A DNA stretch of 64,000 nt from Patescibacteria group bacterium. GTDB taxonomy: Bacteria; Patescibacteriota; Kazan-3B-28. Shown one piece after another: positions 1 to 9,346 of the stretch (the stretch's first letter is position 1; every line of letters starts with the position of its first letter). The translations under genes and the position numbers were made by a program. The notes beneath the pieces are model-generated. The model worked only from the letters and a program-made list of their open reading frames with translations. It had not been told where the DNA came from and did not search any database. The stretch is taken from assembly GCA_041649135.1 (NCBI GenBank), contig JBAZNQ010000001.1, forward strand, positions 227,037 to 291,036. The letters run 5' to 3'.

Positions 1-1
1 A

Positions 2-661
2 TCCGGCATCAACGCGGTGTCCGATTTTCTCAACAACTTTACCAGTAACCTTTTCAACACCACCCGCGGCTTCATCAGCAGTTTCACCGCCGTCTTAACT
101 GTTTTCGTGCTCACTCTTTATTTACTGTTAGATGAAAATGGTATTAAAAACTTTTTTGTTGCTCTCCTGCCAGTCAAGCAAAAGAGTCAATTGGTTAATA
201 TCGCCAACAAAATCGGATCTGGCTTAGGAGCTTGGTTGCGCGGCCAATTGCTATTGGGAGTCATCGTTGGTCTAATGGTCTACATCGGCTTGATCATTAT
301 CGGTGTGCCTTATGCTCTGACCTTAGCGCTACTGGCTGGCGTCTTAGAAATTATTCCGATTATCGGTCCCATCATTTCCGCCATTCCCGCCATTCTGATC
401 GCCCTAAGTATCAGCCCAACTATGGCGTTAATCGTCACCGGCTTTTATATCTTGACCCAAGAGCTGGAAAATAAGTTATTAGTGCCAAAAGTTATGCAAC
501 GAACTGTCGGTCTGCATCCGGTTACGATTATTATTGTCCTGTTGATCGGCGCCAAATTAATGGGTGTTCTAGGCATCCTATTGGCAGTCCCGATCGCTTC
601 CGTATTCTATATTATCTTGAAAGAGTGGAGTCGGATCGCTCGTCCAGCCCGCTCCCGTTAA
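2..661 (+). CDS. AI-2E (PerM) family transporter, 5'-truncated by window edge
   Basis: Hydrophobic ORF with LEIIPIIGP and [18 protein letters not shown] motifs; frame open to the window start. Confidence 0.85.
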   Translation, partial: SGINAVSDFLNNFTSNLFNTTRGFISSFTAVLTVFVLTLYLLLDENGIKNFFVALLPVKQKSQLVNIANKIGSGLGAWLRGQLLLGVIVGLMVYIGLIIIGVPYALTLALLAGVLEIIPIIGPIISAIPAILIALSISPTMALIVTGFYILTQELENKLLVPKVMQRTVGLHPVTIIIVLLIGAKLMGVLGILLAVPIASVFYIILKEWSRIARPARSR

Positions 662-2628
662 GCCTTTTCTTGTCGCAAAAACTCTATCCGGTCTCGTAGT
701 TCGGCTGCTTTTTCAAATTCTAGATTCCGTGCCGCCAAATCCATTTCATCTTCCAATTGACGCACCACCGACGCGATTTCTTCCGCATTGGCCTTCTTGG
801 CAAACTGATTCAGCTCTTCTTCCTCCGGCACATCTTCATGTTTCGTCGTATGAATATCTTTGATATCTTTCACGATCGATTTTGGTGTGATCTTGTGCTG
901 CTTATTGAACTCAACCTGTTTTTCCCGCCGCCGCGAACATTCATCCATTGCTCGTTGCATCGAACCAGTTACATGATCGGCATACATAATTACTTTTCCG
1001 TCCAAATGCCTCGCGGCTCGTCCGAAAGTCTGGATTAACGCCGTGTCCGACCGCAAAAATCCTTCTTTATCCGCATCCAAAATTGCTACCAGCGATACTT
1101 CCGGCAGATCCAAACCCTCCCGTAATAAATTGATGCCCACCAGCACATCATATTTGCCCAATCGCAAATCCCGAAGAATATCAATTCGCTCCAACGTTTC
1201 CACATCCGAATGCAAATACTGAACTTTAATTCCGGCTTCCTGCAAAAATGTTGTCAAATCTTCTGACATCTTTTTTGTTAGCGTTGTTACTAACACCCGC
1301 TGTTTCGCCACTACTCGTTTTTGAATTTCCTCCATCAAATCATCTATTTGCCCGTCTATTGGTCGAATTTCAATTTCTGGGTCCAACAGTCCAGTTGGTC
1401 GAACGATCTGTTCAACAACCTGTTTGCTATTGCTTAATTCTTCGTGGGCTGGTGTCGCTGACACATACACAACCTGATTGATCAGATTGTTAAATTCGGT
1501 ATCTTTCAAAGGGCGATTATCAAACGCACTCGGCAATCTGAAGCCGTGTTCTACTAATACTTCTTTACGCGCCCTGTCTCCGTTATACATTCCCCGGATC
1601 TGGGGTACTGTCATATGTGATTCATCAATAAACATCAAAAAATCATCAGGGAAATAATGAAGCAAAGTGGCTGGCGGACTGCCCGCCGGACGATTATCCA
1701 TAAATCGAGAATAATTTTCGATTCCCGACACATACCCAACCGTTTGAAGCATCTCAATATCGTAATTCGTTCTCTGCTCCAACCTTTGTACTTCTAATAA
1801 TTTATTAGCCGCCTTTAATTCTCCCAGCCGAATCTTCAGCTCCTCACGGATCGCCTCGATCGCTCCCTTCAGCCTCTCCTGCGGAGTTATAAAATGTTTA
1901 GCCGGAAAGATTATCAGTTCTTTCAGCTCTTCCAAGATCTCGCCAGTAAGATAATCAACTTGTCGGATCCGCGTTAATTCATCACCAAAAAACTCCAGCC
2001 GGTACGCCGTTTCTGAATATGACGGAAGGATCTCCATTACTTCGCCGCGCACTCTGAATGTTCCGCGAATAAAATTTATATCATTGCGTTGGTATTGGAT
2101 ATTCGTTAGTTGTAAAAGCAATTTTTCCCGTTTGTAAGACTTTTTTACTTTCAACTCAATGCTTAGATCCTTATACACTTCCGGATTTCCTAAACCATAA
2201 ATACACGACACCGACGCCACAATGATCACATCTTTGCGAGTCAGCAAAGCTTCGGTTGCCGCATTGCGCAACCGGTCAATTTCATCATTGATCGACGAAT
2301 CTTTTGCGATGTAAGTATCGGTCTGTGGGATATACGCTTCCGGTTGGTAGTAGTCGTAATACGATACAAAATAATGTACCGCATTATCGGGGAAAAATTC
2401 TCTAAATTCGCTCGCCAATTGCGCCGCCAAAGTTTTGTTGTGAGCGATGATCAAAGTCGGCTTCTGGATTTTTTCGATCACATTCGCCATCGTAAAAGTT
2501 TTTCCCGAACCAGTTACTCCCAACAATGTCTGGTACTGATACCCCTTTTCCAAGCCAGCTACCAAATGTTTTATGGCAGTTGGTTGATCCCCCGCAGGTT
2601 TAAAAGCAGATTTTAATTTGAACTTCAT
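658..2628 (-). CDS. uvrB: Excinuclease ABC subunit B
   Basis: GVTGSGKT Walker [19 protein letters not shown]-terminal UVR motif [11 protein letters not shown]. Confidence 0.98.
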   Translation of the reverse strand: MKFKLKSAFKPAGDQPTAIKHLVAGLEKGYQYQTLLGVTGSGKTFTMANVIEKIQKPTLIIAHNKTLAAQLASEFREFFPDNAVHYFVSYYDYYQPEAYIPQTDTYIAKDSSINDEIDRLRNAATEALLTRKDVIIVASVSCIYGLGNPEVYKDLSIELKVKKSYKREKLLLQLTNIQYQRNDINFIRGTFRVRGEVMEILPSYSETAYRLEFFGDELTRIRQVDYLTGEILEELKELIIFPAKHFITPQERLKGAIEAIREELKIRLGELKAANKLLEVQRLEQRTNYDIEMLQTVGYVSGIENYSRFMDNRPAGSPPATLLHYFPDDFLMFIDESHMTVPQIRGMYNGDRARKEVLVEHGFRLPSAFDNRPLKDTEFNNLINQVVYVSATPAHEELSNSKQVVEQIVRPTGLLDPEIEIRPIDGQIDDLMEEIQKRVVAKQRVLVTTLTKKMSEDLTTFLQEAGIKVQYLHSDVETLERIDILRDLRLGKYDVLVGINLLREGLDLPEVSLVAILDADKEGFLRSDTALIQTFGRAARHLDGKVIMYADHVTGSMQRAMDECSRRREKQVEFNKQHKITPKSIVKDIKDIHTTKHEDVPEEEELNQFAKKANAEEIASVVRQLEDEMDLAARNLEFEKAAELRDRIEFLRQEKA

Positions 2629-2650
2629 CGATGATTTTTGAAATTATAAG

Positions 2651-2782
2651 TTAGCTGGCGCAGTCCGGCGTAGCTTTAGCGAAGACGGATAGCCCCTTTA
2701 CCAACTCCTGAATTGCTTCAGGCTGATCACCGGCCGGCTTCCACTTCGAGATTATTTTAAATTTTTTCGTTACTTTTGTCAT
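2651..2782 (-). pseudogene. Diverged uvrB 5' fragment ending in a palindromic repeat
   Basis: Translates MTKVTKKFKIISKWKPAGDQPEAIQELVKGL-SVFAKATPDCAS*; matches the UvrB N-terminus [24 protein letters not shown]. Confidence 0.75.
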
Positions 2783-2805
2783 TTTGCGTCCCCTCTCTGT
2801 CATTC

Positions 2806-3498
2806 CTAGCGACTATTTTTCTTACGCCACTCCTCCACCTTCCCGTGATGCCCCGACAACAAAACTTTCGGTACCTTGTGCCCTTCAAACACCTCTGGTC
2901 GAGTGTATTGCGGATGTTCCAAATTATTTCCTACTGAAAAACTTTCATACTTAGCTGATTCCTCATTGTGTAATACATCCGGTAATAATCTCGCCACCGA
3001 CTCCATTACCGTCAGCGCGCCCAATTCTCCACCCATCAATACGAAATCACCTACTGATAATTTTTCATCAACATAATATTTAATCCTTTCATCTACTCCC
3101 TCGTATCTCCCACACACAAACACCAACTCGTCATAGCTAGATAATCTCTTCACTTCTTTTTGAGTAAACCTCTTTCCTCTTGGATCTAATAAAATAATCC
3201 GCACCTTTTTACCGTCATTCCGAACTTGTTTCGGAATCTCCCCCCTTTTTAACTTTTCACTTTTAACTTTTAACCGTAATGACCGCAACGCCGCGACAAG
3301 CGGCGGCAAGGTCATTACTAGTCCCGCCCCTCCGCCATACGGCATATCATCCACCGTTTGATGCCTATCTTTCGTAAACTTCCTTGGACTAATAGTTTTA
3401 AGCTGAACTTGTTTCTTCTTTAAAGCTCGGGACAAAATCCCTTCCTTAAAATAATCCTCGATCAACTGCGGAAAAATTGTGATAACTGTAAAACGCAT
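2806..3498 (-). CDS. trmD: tRNA (guanine-N1)-methyltransferase
   Basis: VDDMPYGGGAG, CGRYEGVDER, GDFVLMGGE, PQYTRP, LLSGHH. Confidence 0.97.
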   Translation of the reverse strand: MRFTVITIFPQLIEDYFKEGILSRALKKKQVQLKTISPRKFTKDRHQTVDDMPYGGGAGLVMTLPPLVAALRSLRLKVKSEKLKRGEIPKQVRNDGKKVRIILLDPRGKRFTQKEVKRLSSYDELVFVCGRYEGVDERIKYYVDEKLSVGDFVLMGGELGALTVMESVARLLPDVLHNEESAKYESFSVGNNLEHPQYTRPEVFEGHKVPKVLLSGHHGKVEEWRKKNSR

Positions 3499-3680
3499 AG
3501 CTAAAGAATACCAGCCTTATCGCCCCAGAGCCAGTTTTCTCCCACATCGTCATTGCGAGAAATAAAATGACGAAGCAATCTGCCCATTTTACCATCCTCC
3601 CTCCTCTGCCGCTTTATGAGACGGCCGTCTTCTGAAGCGGCATATGATTTTTTCTGATCACGCCTGTTTGATTGATTCTT

Positions 3681-3715
3681 TATCAAAAATCCCGACCGAG
3701 TCGGGATTTTTGATA
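3681..3715. terminator. Hairpin flanked by A/T runs, probable bidirectional terminator after khpA
   Basis: tatcaaaaatcccgac-cga-gtcgggatttttgata. Confidence 0.6.
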
Positions 3716-3734
3716 ACTTAATTTCTAAGAGTAA

Positions 3735-4097
3735 TTATTCCTCGGCGATTGCTTTCAAATCGTCCTTGGTGGTAGTTTCCGGCATATCCACCACTGCATC
3801 ATTATCACTTCCCACGTTATCTAGATCAACATGACGGTTGCCACCCGTTCCACCTTCTGGTTCGGTAATCTTTAGATTCACTCGGGAATGATTCTGGGCA
3901 CCCAATACTCTAAGCAATGTGCGTACTGCTTTGGCTGTCCGACCATCTTTACCGATAATTTTGCCCATATCCGCTGGGTCTACCCCCAGTTCGAGCAAAA
4001 CGCCCATCTCATCAACACTCCGCTTGACTGTCACTTTGTCCGGATTGTCGACAATGGCTTTAACCACGTATTCCACAAATTCCTGATCGCGTTCCAT
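3735..4097 (-). CDS. khpA: KH-domain RNA-binding protein
   Basis: DMGKIIGKDGRTAKAVRTLL; located between rpsP and trmD. Confidence 0.9.
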   Translation of the reverse strand: MERDQEFVEYVVKAIVDNPDKVTVKRSVDEMGVLLELGVDPADMGKIIGKDGRTAKAVRTLLRVLGAQNHSRVNLKITEPEGGTGGNRHVDLDNVGSDNDAVVDMPETTTKDDLKAIAEE

Positions 4098-4130
4098 AAC
4101 TCTCCTGTTGATTAGTTATATGACTATAAC

Positions 4131-4664
4131 TTAAGCTTCTTTGTTAGTTTCTTCGATTGGAGCTTCAACTGCTGGCTCTTCCACTACTGCTGAAGTTTCT
4201 TCGGCTACTGGTACCTCTGTCACCGTTCCTTCGCCTGATTCTGTTACTGGAGCCGCCTCCTCATCTGCCACTAGCTCTTGGTCTACCATAGCTCCTTCAG
4301 GAGCGACAACGGAGTCCTCTGCCTTATCCACCGACTCAATAACAGCTGGGGATGGCTTATTTGCCGCATCTAGTTTCGCCTGGGCTTTCTTTCTTGGTTT
4401 GGCTTCAGCATTCATCTTAATTGGCAGATCAAACCCATTCATATTCAAAAGTTTGGCCACCGTGTTAGACGGCATCCCTCCCTTTGATAACCAAGCTTGA
4501 ACTCTTTCTTTATCAAAAACGAACGGCTTCTCTTTTGCCGCAGGCTCATAATGACCGAGGATCTCGACCACTTTACCATCTAATTTTTCGCCCTGCTCGG
4601 CAGCCACCAGACGGAATTTCGGCTGATTCCGGCGACCGGTACGGACTAAACGGAGTACTAACAA
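4131..4664 (-). CDS. rpsP: 30S ribosomal protein S16 with acidic C-terminal tail
   Basis: LRLVRTGRRNQPKFRLV...LGHYEP...WLSKGGMPSNTV. Confidence 0.93.
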   Translation of the reverse strand: MLVLRLVRTGRRNQPKFRLVAAEQGEKLDGKVVEILGHYEPAAKEKPFVFDKERVQAWLSKGGMPSNTVAKLLNMNGFDLPIKMNAEAKPRKKAQAKLDAANKPSPAVIESVDKAEDSVVAPEGAMVDQELVADEEAAPVTESGEGTVTEVPVAEETSAVVEEPAVEAPIEETNKEA

Positions 4665-4695
4665 GTCATTTCAGCTTACCCGATATACATAGGGC

Positions 4696-4759
4696 ATTTT
4701 AGCTTTCACCCCTCCCTCTGTCAAGCACTCTTGCCAGCCCTCAATTTATCTCCTATAAT
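4696..4759. promoter_or_regulatory. Back-to-back sigma70 promoters for rpsP (-) and rpmF (+)
   Basis: Minus TTGACA-N17-TAAAAT (4724-4696); plus TTGCCA-N17-TATAAT (4731-4759). Confidence 0.7.
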
Positions 4760-4867
4760 TCCCTCTGTAGATTTAGAGACGAGAGCATAGAGTCCAAGGG
4801 ATAAACCCCTGCCCTCTGTTCTCTCTTCTCTACTCTCTATTCTCTAATCTCTATTCTCTACCCCCAT

Positions 4868-5254
4868 ATGGCTGCATTACCAAAAAAGAAAATCAGCAAA
4901 GTTCGCGGGAAAACTCGCCGCGCTCATCAGCATATTACTATGCCGACTTTAGTTGCTTGCGCCAAGTGTAAAACCAAGAAACCGGCGCATATGGCCTGCC
5001 CAGAATGTGGTTACTACGGCCAAGCCAAGATTTTGAATACCAAAGCAGATAAAAAAATCGCTCAAGCCTTGAAATTGCAAGCTAAAGCCGAAAAGGCCAA
5101 AGAAACTGCTGAAGCAAAAAAGAAACGAGCCGAGAAAGTCAAAGCTGACAAAGCCGCCAGACAAGCCAAGAAGGCTGAAGCCAAACCAAGAAGTACTAAA
5201 AAAATTATTCAGACCCCTGCCCGTTCTGGCGAAGAATACAAAGCTGACGAATAG
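4868..5254 (+). CDS. rpmF: 50S ribosomal protein L32 with Lys/Ala-rich extension
   Basis: ALPKKKISKVRGKTRRAH, CxxC...CPECGYY. Confidence 0.92.
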   Translation: MAALPKKKISKVRGKTRRAHQHITMPTLVACAKCKTKKPAHMACPECGYYGQAKILNTKADKKIAQALKLQAKAEKAKETAEAKKKRAEKVKADKAARQAKKAEAKPRSTKKIIQTPARSGEEYKADE

Positions 5255-5376
5255 TTTTTTGCCTCCAGATTTGGTAAATTGATAGTGATAGATTCTGAAC
5301 CTAGTTCAGAATGACGCAGTATCCACAAGATTCTTCCATAACTATTCACTCTTAACTGTTAACCATTAACTACCCC

Positions 5377-5838
5377 ATGGCTTCCAACCGTCACTTCGCC
5401 CGTATCCTCGTTATGCAAGCGCTTTACGAATGGCAACAGCGCGACAGTTTGGATTTAACCGAAATCATGAAGCGCCATTTGGACAAGCACGATTTCGAAG
5501 AAAATAATCTCTTATTCATTCACAAATTGGTCGATGGCCTAAAAAAACATTCGGAAGAAATCGATCAAGTCATCACCGTATCTGCGCCAGAGTGGCCAAT
5601 CGCCCAAATCGCTCAAGTCGACCTTGCCATTCTGCGATTGGCAATTTTTGAATTATTATTCGATGACGAAGTTCCACCGAAGGCCGCCATCAACGAAGCC
5701 GTTGAACTAGCCAAAGCCTTCGGCGGAGAAAACTCCAGCAAATTCGTGAATGGTGTACTTGGCACCGTTTTTCGTAATTCCACCAAATACAACCCCGAGA
5801 CCGACGAAAAAACTTCTCGTCCCAAACCTTTAGAATAA
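5377..5838 (+). CDS. nusB: Transcription antitermination factor NusB
   Basis: RHFARILVMQALYE, INEAVELAKAFG, KFVNGVLG. Confidence 0.96.
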   Translation: MASNRHFARILVMQALYEWQQRDSLDLTEIMKRHLDKHDFEENNLLFIHKLVDGLKKHSEEIDQVITVSAPEWPIAQIAQVDLAILRLAIFELLFDDEVPPKAAINEAVELAKAFGGENSSKFVNGVLGTVFRNSTKYNPETDEKTSRPKPLE

Positions 5839-5959
5839 ATATTTTACGGGGTTCCGCGACGCTCTCATGAAATAAGCGGCGTCAAGAATGGAAATCCTTG
5901 AGCCCCAAAAGACAAACAGCAAATGTGATTTGTCATTAAAATGAAAGACTTTTGACGAA

Positions 5960-6640
5960 ATGGCTGATTTCTCTTCCCTTCAGAAACAACTCGGCACCAA
6001 ATTCAAAGACCTGTCCTTTTACGAACAGGCCTTTACTCATCGTTCCTACCTCAATGAGCACACTGATGCCCTAGGTCATAACGAAAGGTTAGAGTTTTTG
6101 GGTGATGCTGTCGTTGAATTATTGGTTACTCAATTTTTATATGACAAATTCCCCGAGAAACCCGAGGGTGAGCTAACCAATCTCCGCGCCGCACTAGTCC
6201 GCCGTAACACTTTGAGTGAAGTCGGCAAAGAATTAGGTTTTGAAAATTATTTGCGAATGAGCAAAGGCGAAGCCCGCAATGAAGGTAAGGCCAAGGCTAT
6301 GATCATTTCTAATGCCGCCGAAGCTTTTGTTGGTGCGTTATTTTTAGACCTAGGGCTAAAAGCTGTTGAAAAGTTTATTAATAAATTTCTCCTGCCTCGT
6401 TTGGAAAGTATCATCGCCGGTGAAACTCATATCGACGCCAAAAGCAAGTTTCAAGAGATTACTCAAGAAAAAAACGGCGCTACTCCGCACTATAAAACCG
6501 AAGAGGTTAGCGGACCCGATCACGACAGAAACTTTATTGTCGGCGTCTATGTTGATGACAAGTTAATTGCCAAAGGCGAAGGCAAATCCAAGCGCGAAGC
6601 CGAAACCGCCGCTGCCGCCAAAGCGTTAGAGAAACTGTAA
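5960..6640 (+). CDS. rnc: Ribonuclease III
   Basis: HNERLEFLGDAV signature plus C-terminal dsRBD. Confidence 0.97.
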   Translation: MADFSSLQKQLGTKFKDLSFYEQAFTHRSYLNEHTDALGHNERLEFLGDAVVELLVTQFLYDKFPEKPEGELTNLRAALVRRNTLSEVGKELGFENYLRMSKGEARNEGKAKAMIISNAAEAFVGALFLDLGLKAVEKFINKFLLPRLESIIAGETHIDAKSKFQEITQEKNGATPHYKTEEVSGPDHDRNFIVGVYVDDKLIAKGEGKSKREAETAAAAKALEKL

Positions 6641-6733
6641 ATAAAAGACCGACCATTCTCCTCACACCGCAATCGGTGTAATTTGAATGTCGGTCTAGTT
6701 CAAGAAATGGCTGTCTACGCCGATGGTCCCAGC

Positions 6734-7201
6734 TTAACCCAACCAGCAACCAGCCCTGACCGCCACCTCCGCCAAAAAACTGCGAGGCAGTTCTACCGCC
6801 CGCAATTTTAGAGCGCCCAGCCAAGCCATCGCCGTCTCGACGTCACCAGGTACCGTGAGATACCCAGTGGGATCAAGTCGCGACCAAGAGTGGTCAGCGA
6901 TGACAACCAGCAGATAGCCGTCGTCCAGGAATACTGCTATAGGGTTATAAGAGCTGTTGCGAATGAAGGGATGGATTGTCCCCTTATGTTCCAACACTCC
7001 ATACCGCGTCATCTTCATCGGCTCCGCTTTTGGACTCATCGACAATATGGCAGCCATCCGTGCATCGTCAACACAAATCATGCCATTACTATCGGTCAAG
7101 ATGTCAGTCTCTTCCTCTTTGGAGAGGCCATAGGATGTCCGACACATATCGAACCACCTCCGTGGACAGCCAAGTGCCATCATTGCTGATGTTTGTGTCA
7201 T
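6734..7201 (-). CDS. Hypothetical protein
   Basis: ORF; ATG at 7201 preceded by GGAG; no recognised motif. Confidence 0.5.
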   Translation of the reverse strand: MTQTSAMMALGCPRRWFDMCRTSYGLSKEEETDILTDSNGMICVDDARMAAILSMSPKAEPMKMTRYGVLEHKGTIHPFIRNSSYNPIAVFLDDGYLLVVIADHSWSRLDPTGYLTVPGDVETAMAWLGALKLRAVELPRSFLAEVAVRAGCWLG

Positions 7202-7511
7202 TACTCCACCGAGTTTTGAATGTCGGTCTTGGACGAGTACTCGTGCCCTATTGGGCAACGGCCAACCGAGCCCTCGATTACCACGAGAGACGCGACCCCA
7301 AGTGGGGTTCATGGATTGAGGATGGTGGAGAACCTCTCCATGCTACTCATTGTCAAAGAAAGAGTCATTGTAACCCCATCGGGGGCTTTTTGTCAAGTTT
7401 TCCCGCTCCCAGAGCAGATTTTAGAAATCGAAAACCGCCCCGAAGGGGCGGGCGGGCGGATCGAGGATGACTTCATTTATTCATTATTTACACGATCGTG
7501 TAAATAATGAG

Positions 7512-8474
7512 TTAAATCACCCGCCAATCCTGATTTGGATTAGCTTCAATATCGATCGGCAATAAAAACCCTGCTGCTCGCGCATGCCCTCCACCACCCA
7601 TTAATTGAGCTAGCCGTCCTACGTTTACCTGTTCATTCTGCGTTCGCAAGCTGCCCTTTACTTCCCCATTGGGAGTCTCGGATAACAATAAAGAAAACTT
7701 CAGCCCCGGAACTGTATTCATTAAATTCACCAGCCCTTCTGCGTCTTCTTTGGTAGTCCCGGTTGTTTCCATATCCTCGCGTGTAATCGCCGACATAGTT
7801 ACCCCCGTTGTTTCGTCATACCGCATCCGTTGCAGCACAATCCCCCATAACTTCAGTCGCTCCACACTTTTTCCGACATACATTTTCTGCGCGATCATTG
7901 GCAAATTCGCTCCTTTTTGCATCAAATCCGCCGCAACCCGAAGAGTTTTCTCTGAAGTATTCACATGTTGGAAGGAGCCAGTATCAAAACAAATACCAGT
8001 CAATAGAGCTGTGGCAATTTCTATATTTATTGGCACATCCCAAATCTTTAACAAATCATACACCATCTCGGAAGTTGATGAAGTAGCCGGACCCAAGTAA
8101 TGTAATCCCGGCGTCAATGTAGCAGTAGCATGGTGGTCAATTACGATCAAATTATCCGGCCACGTGATATTCAATTCATCATCCTCAAACCAACCCGTTC
8201 TTGTCCATGCCGCGCAATCCAATAACACGACCGTATCAAAATCTTGTGGTTCAAATCCGTCCTGAATTTTGAAATAGTATGGCAGGTACATAAAACTCTT
8301 TGGCATCTCACCGTCCGCCACCATTACTACCTCTAAACCAAAATGACGCGTTAATGCGTCATACAATCCCACCATACTCCCTAAAGCATCCCCATCGGGA
8401 TTAATGTGAATCGTCAGCAGAATCTTCTTGGCTTTTGTGAGCGTCTCCCTGATTTGGTTGGTCAGATTGTCCAT
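7512..8474 (-). CDS. nrnA: DHH/DHHA1 bifunctional oligoribonuclease/PAP phosphatase
   Basis: HINPDGDALGS, IDHH, DTGSF, GGGHARAAG. Confidence 0.88.
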   Translation of the reverse strand: MDNLTNQIRETLTKAKKILLTIHINPDGDALGSMVGLYDALTRHFGLEVVMVADGEMPKSFMYLPYYFKIQDGFEPQDFDTVVLLDCAAWTRTGWFEDDELNITWPDNLIVIDHHATATLTPGLHYLGPATSSTSEMVYDLLKIWDVPINIEIATALLTGICFDTGSFQHVNTSEKTLRVAADLMQKGANLPMIAQKMYVGKSVERLKLWGIVLQRMRYDETTGVTMSAITREDMETTGTTKEDAEGLVNLMNTVPGLKFSLLLSETPNGEVKGSLRTQNEQVNVGRLAQLMGGGGHARAAGFLLPIDIEANPNQDWRVI

Positions 8475-8823
8475 GACCACTAATCGTACCAAGGATATCC
8501 ATAATCCGGAAAGACTTCTCTGGATCGGACAGTTTTAGCTCAATTTCGGGGAATCGGCGTAAATCTATCCGCTCTGCGAGCCACTTTTTCAGCTCTCCTA
8601 TGTGTCGTCCAATCGCCGCAAAATCCCGTTCTGCCGCGTCTCTTTTCCACGGCGCAAAACTAATCCAGATTTCCACATGATGTAAATCTGGCGATACGAA
8701 TACCTGTTCCACTAAAACCAATGTATCCATTCCCCAATCGCGGTTATGTTCCACAAAGAACTCCGCCGTCGCTGTGTGAATTACCGATGCCATTCTTTCT
8801 TTGCGTAAATTTTTGTCAGACAT
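8401..8823 (-). CDS. rbfA: Ribosome-binding factor A
   Basis: RKERMASVI, VSPDLHH, IDLRRFPEIEL; follows infB. Confidence 0.82.
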   Translation of the reverse strand: MSDKNLRKERMASVIHTATAEFFVEHNRDWGMDTLVLVEQVFVSPDLHHVEIWISFAPWKRDAAERDFAAIGRHIGELKKWLAERIDLRRFPEIELKLSDPEKSFRIMDILGTISGHGQSDQPNQGDAHKSQEDSADDSH

Positions 8824-8895
8824 AAATGACTAAATTACAAATAACAAGCTCAAATATCAAACAAATCCCAAATTCCAATGTTCTAAATGTTTTTT

Positions 8896-9170
8896 GTCAT
8901 CCTCGAACCGATAGCGATAGCGCATCGATATCGAGGACCCAGACAGAAACAAAAACATTTTTCTTTTTTCTTTCTAGATTCCCGTTTTCCTCCCAAGGCG
9001 GACAGGTCACGGGAATGACGACGGGGAGACTAGATCCTGAACTAAATTCAGGATGACAATAAATAGGTAAATTTTGTTATTTATACGATTCCTTGGCCGC
9101 GACCGCAGGCAGGCTGGGTGCGTCCTGCCCCAACGGGGCTCCTTCGGGGCTGACCTTACCAGAATGACTA
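8896..9170. repeat. Cluster of RPE-like GTCAT...ATGAC palindromic elements
   Basis: gtcatcctcg...cgaggaccca, attcccg...cgggaatgac, atcctgaa...ttcaggatgac; same family recurs across the window. Confidence 0.75.
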
Positions 9171-9193
9171 GCTTTTTATTTTTGTCTTTGCCC

Positions 9194-9345
9194 CTAGATA
9201 CTAGATACTGAATACTAGATACTAAATTGTGTTTCGGATTTCGGATTTAGGATTTGTTTGGTATTTCGTGCTTCGAATTTGTTTCGGATTTCGGATTTCG
9301 AATTTATCTCCCTAGATACTAGATACTGAATACTAGATACTAGAT
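9194..9345. repeat. Imperfect heptamer tandem repeats
   Basis: (CTAGATA/CTGAATA)n and (TTTCGGA/TTTAGGA)n. Confidence 0.8.
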
Positions 9346-9346
9346 A

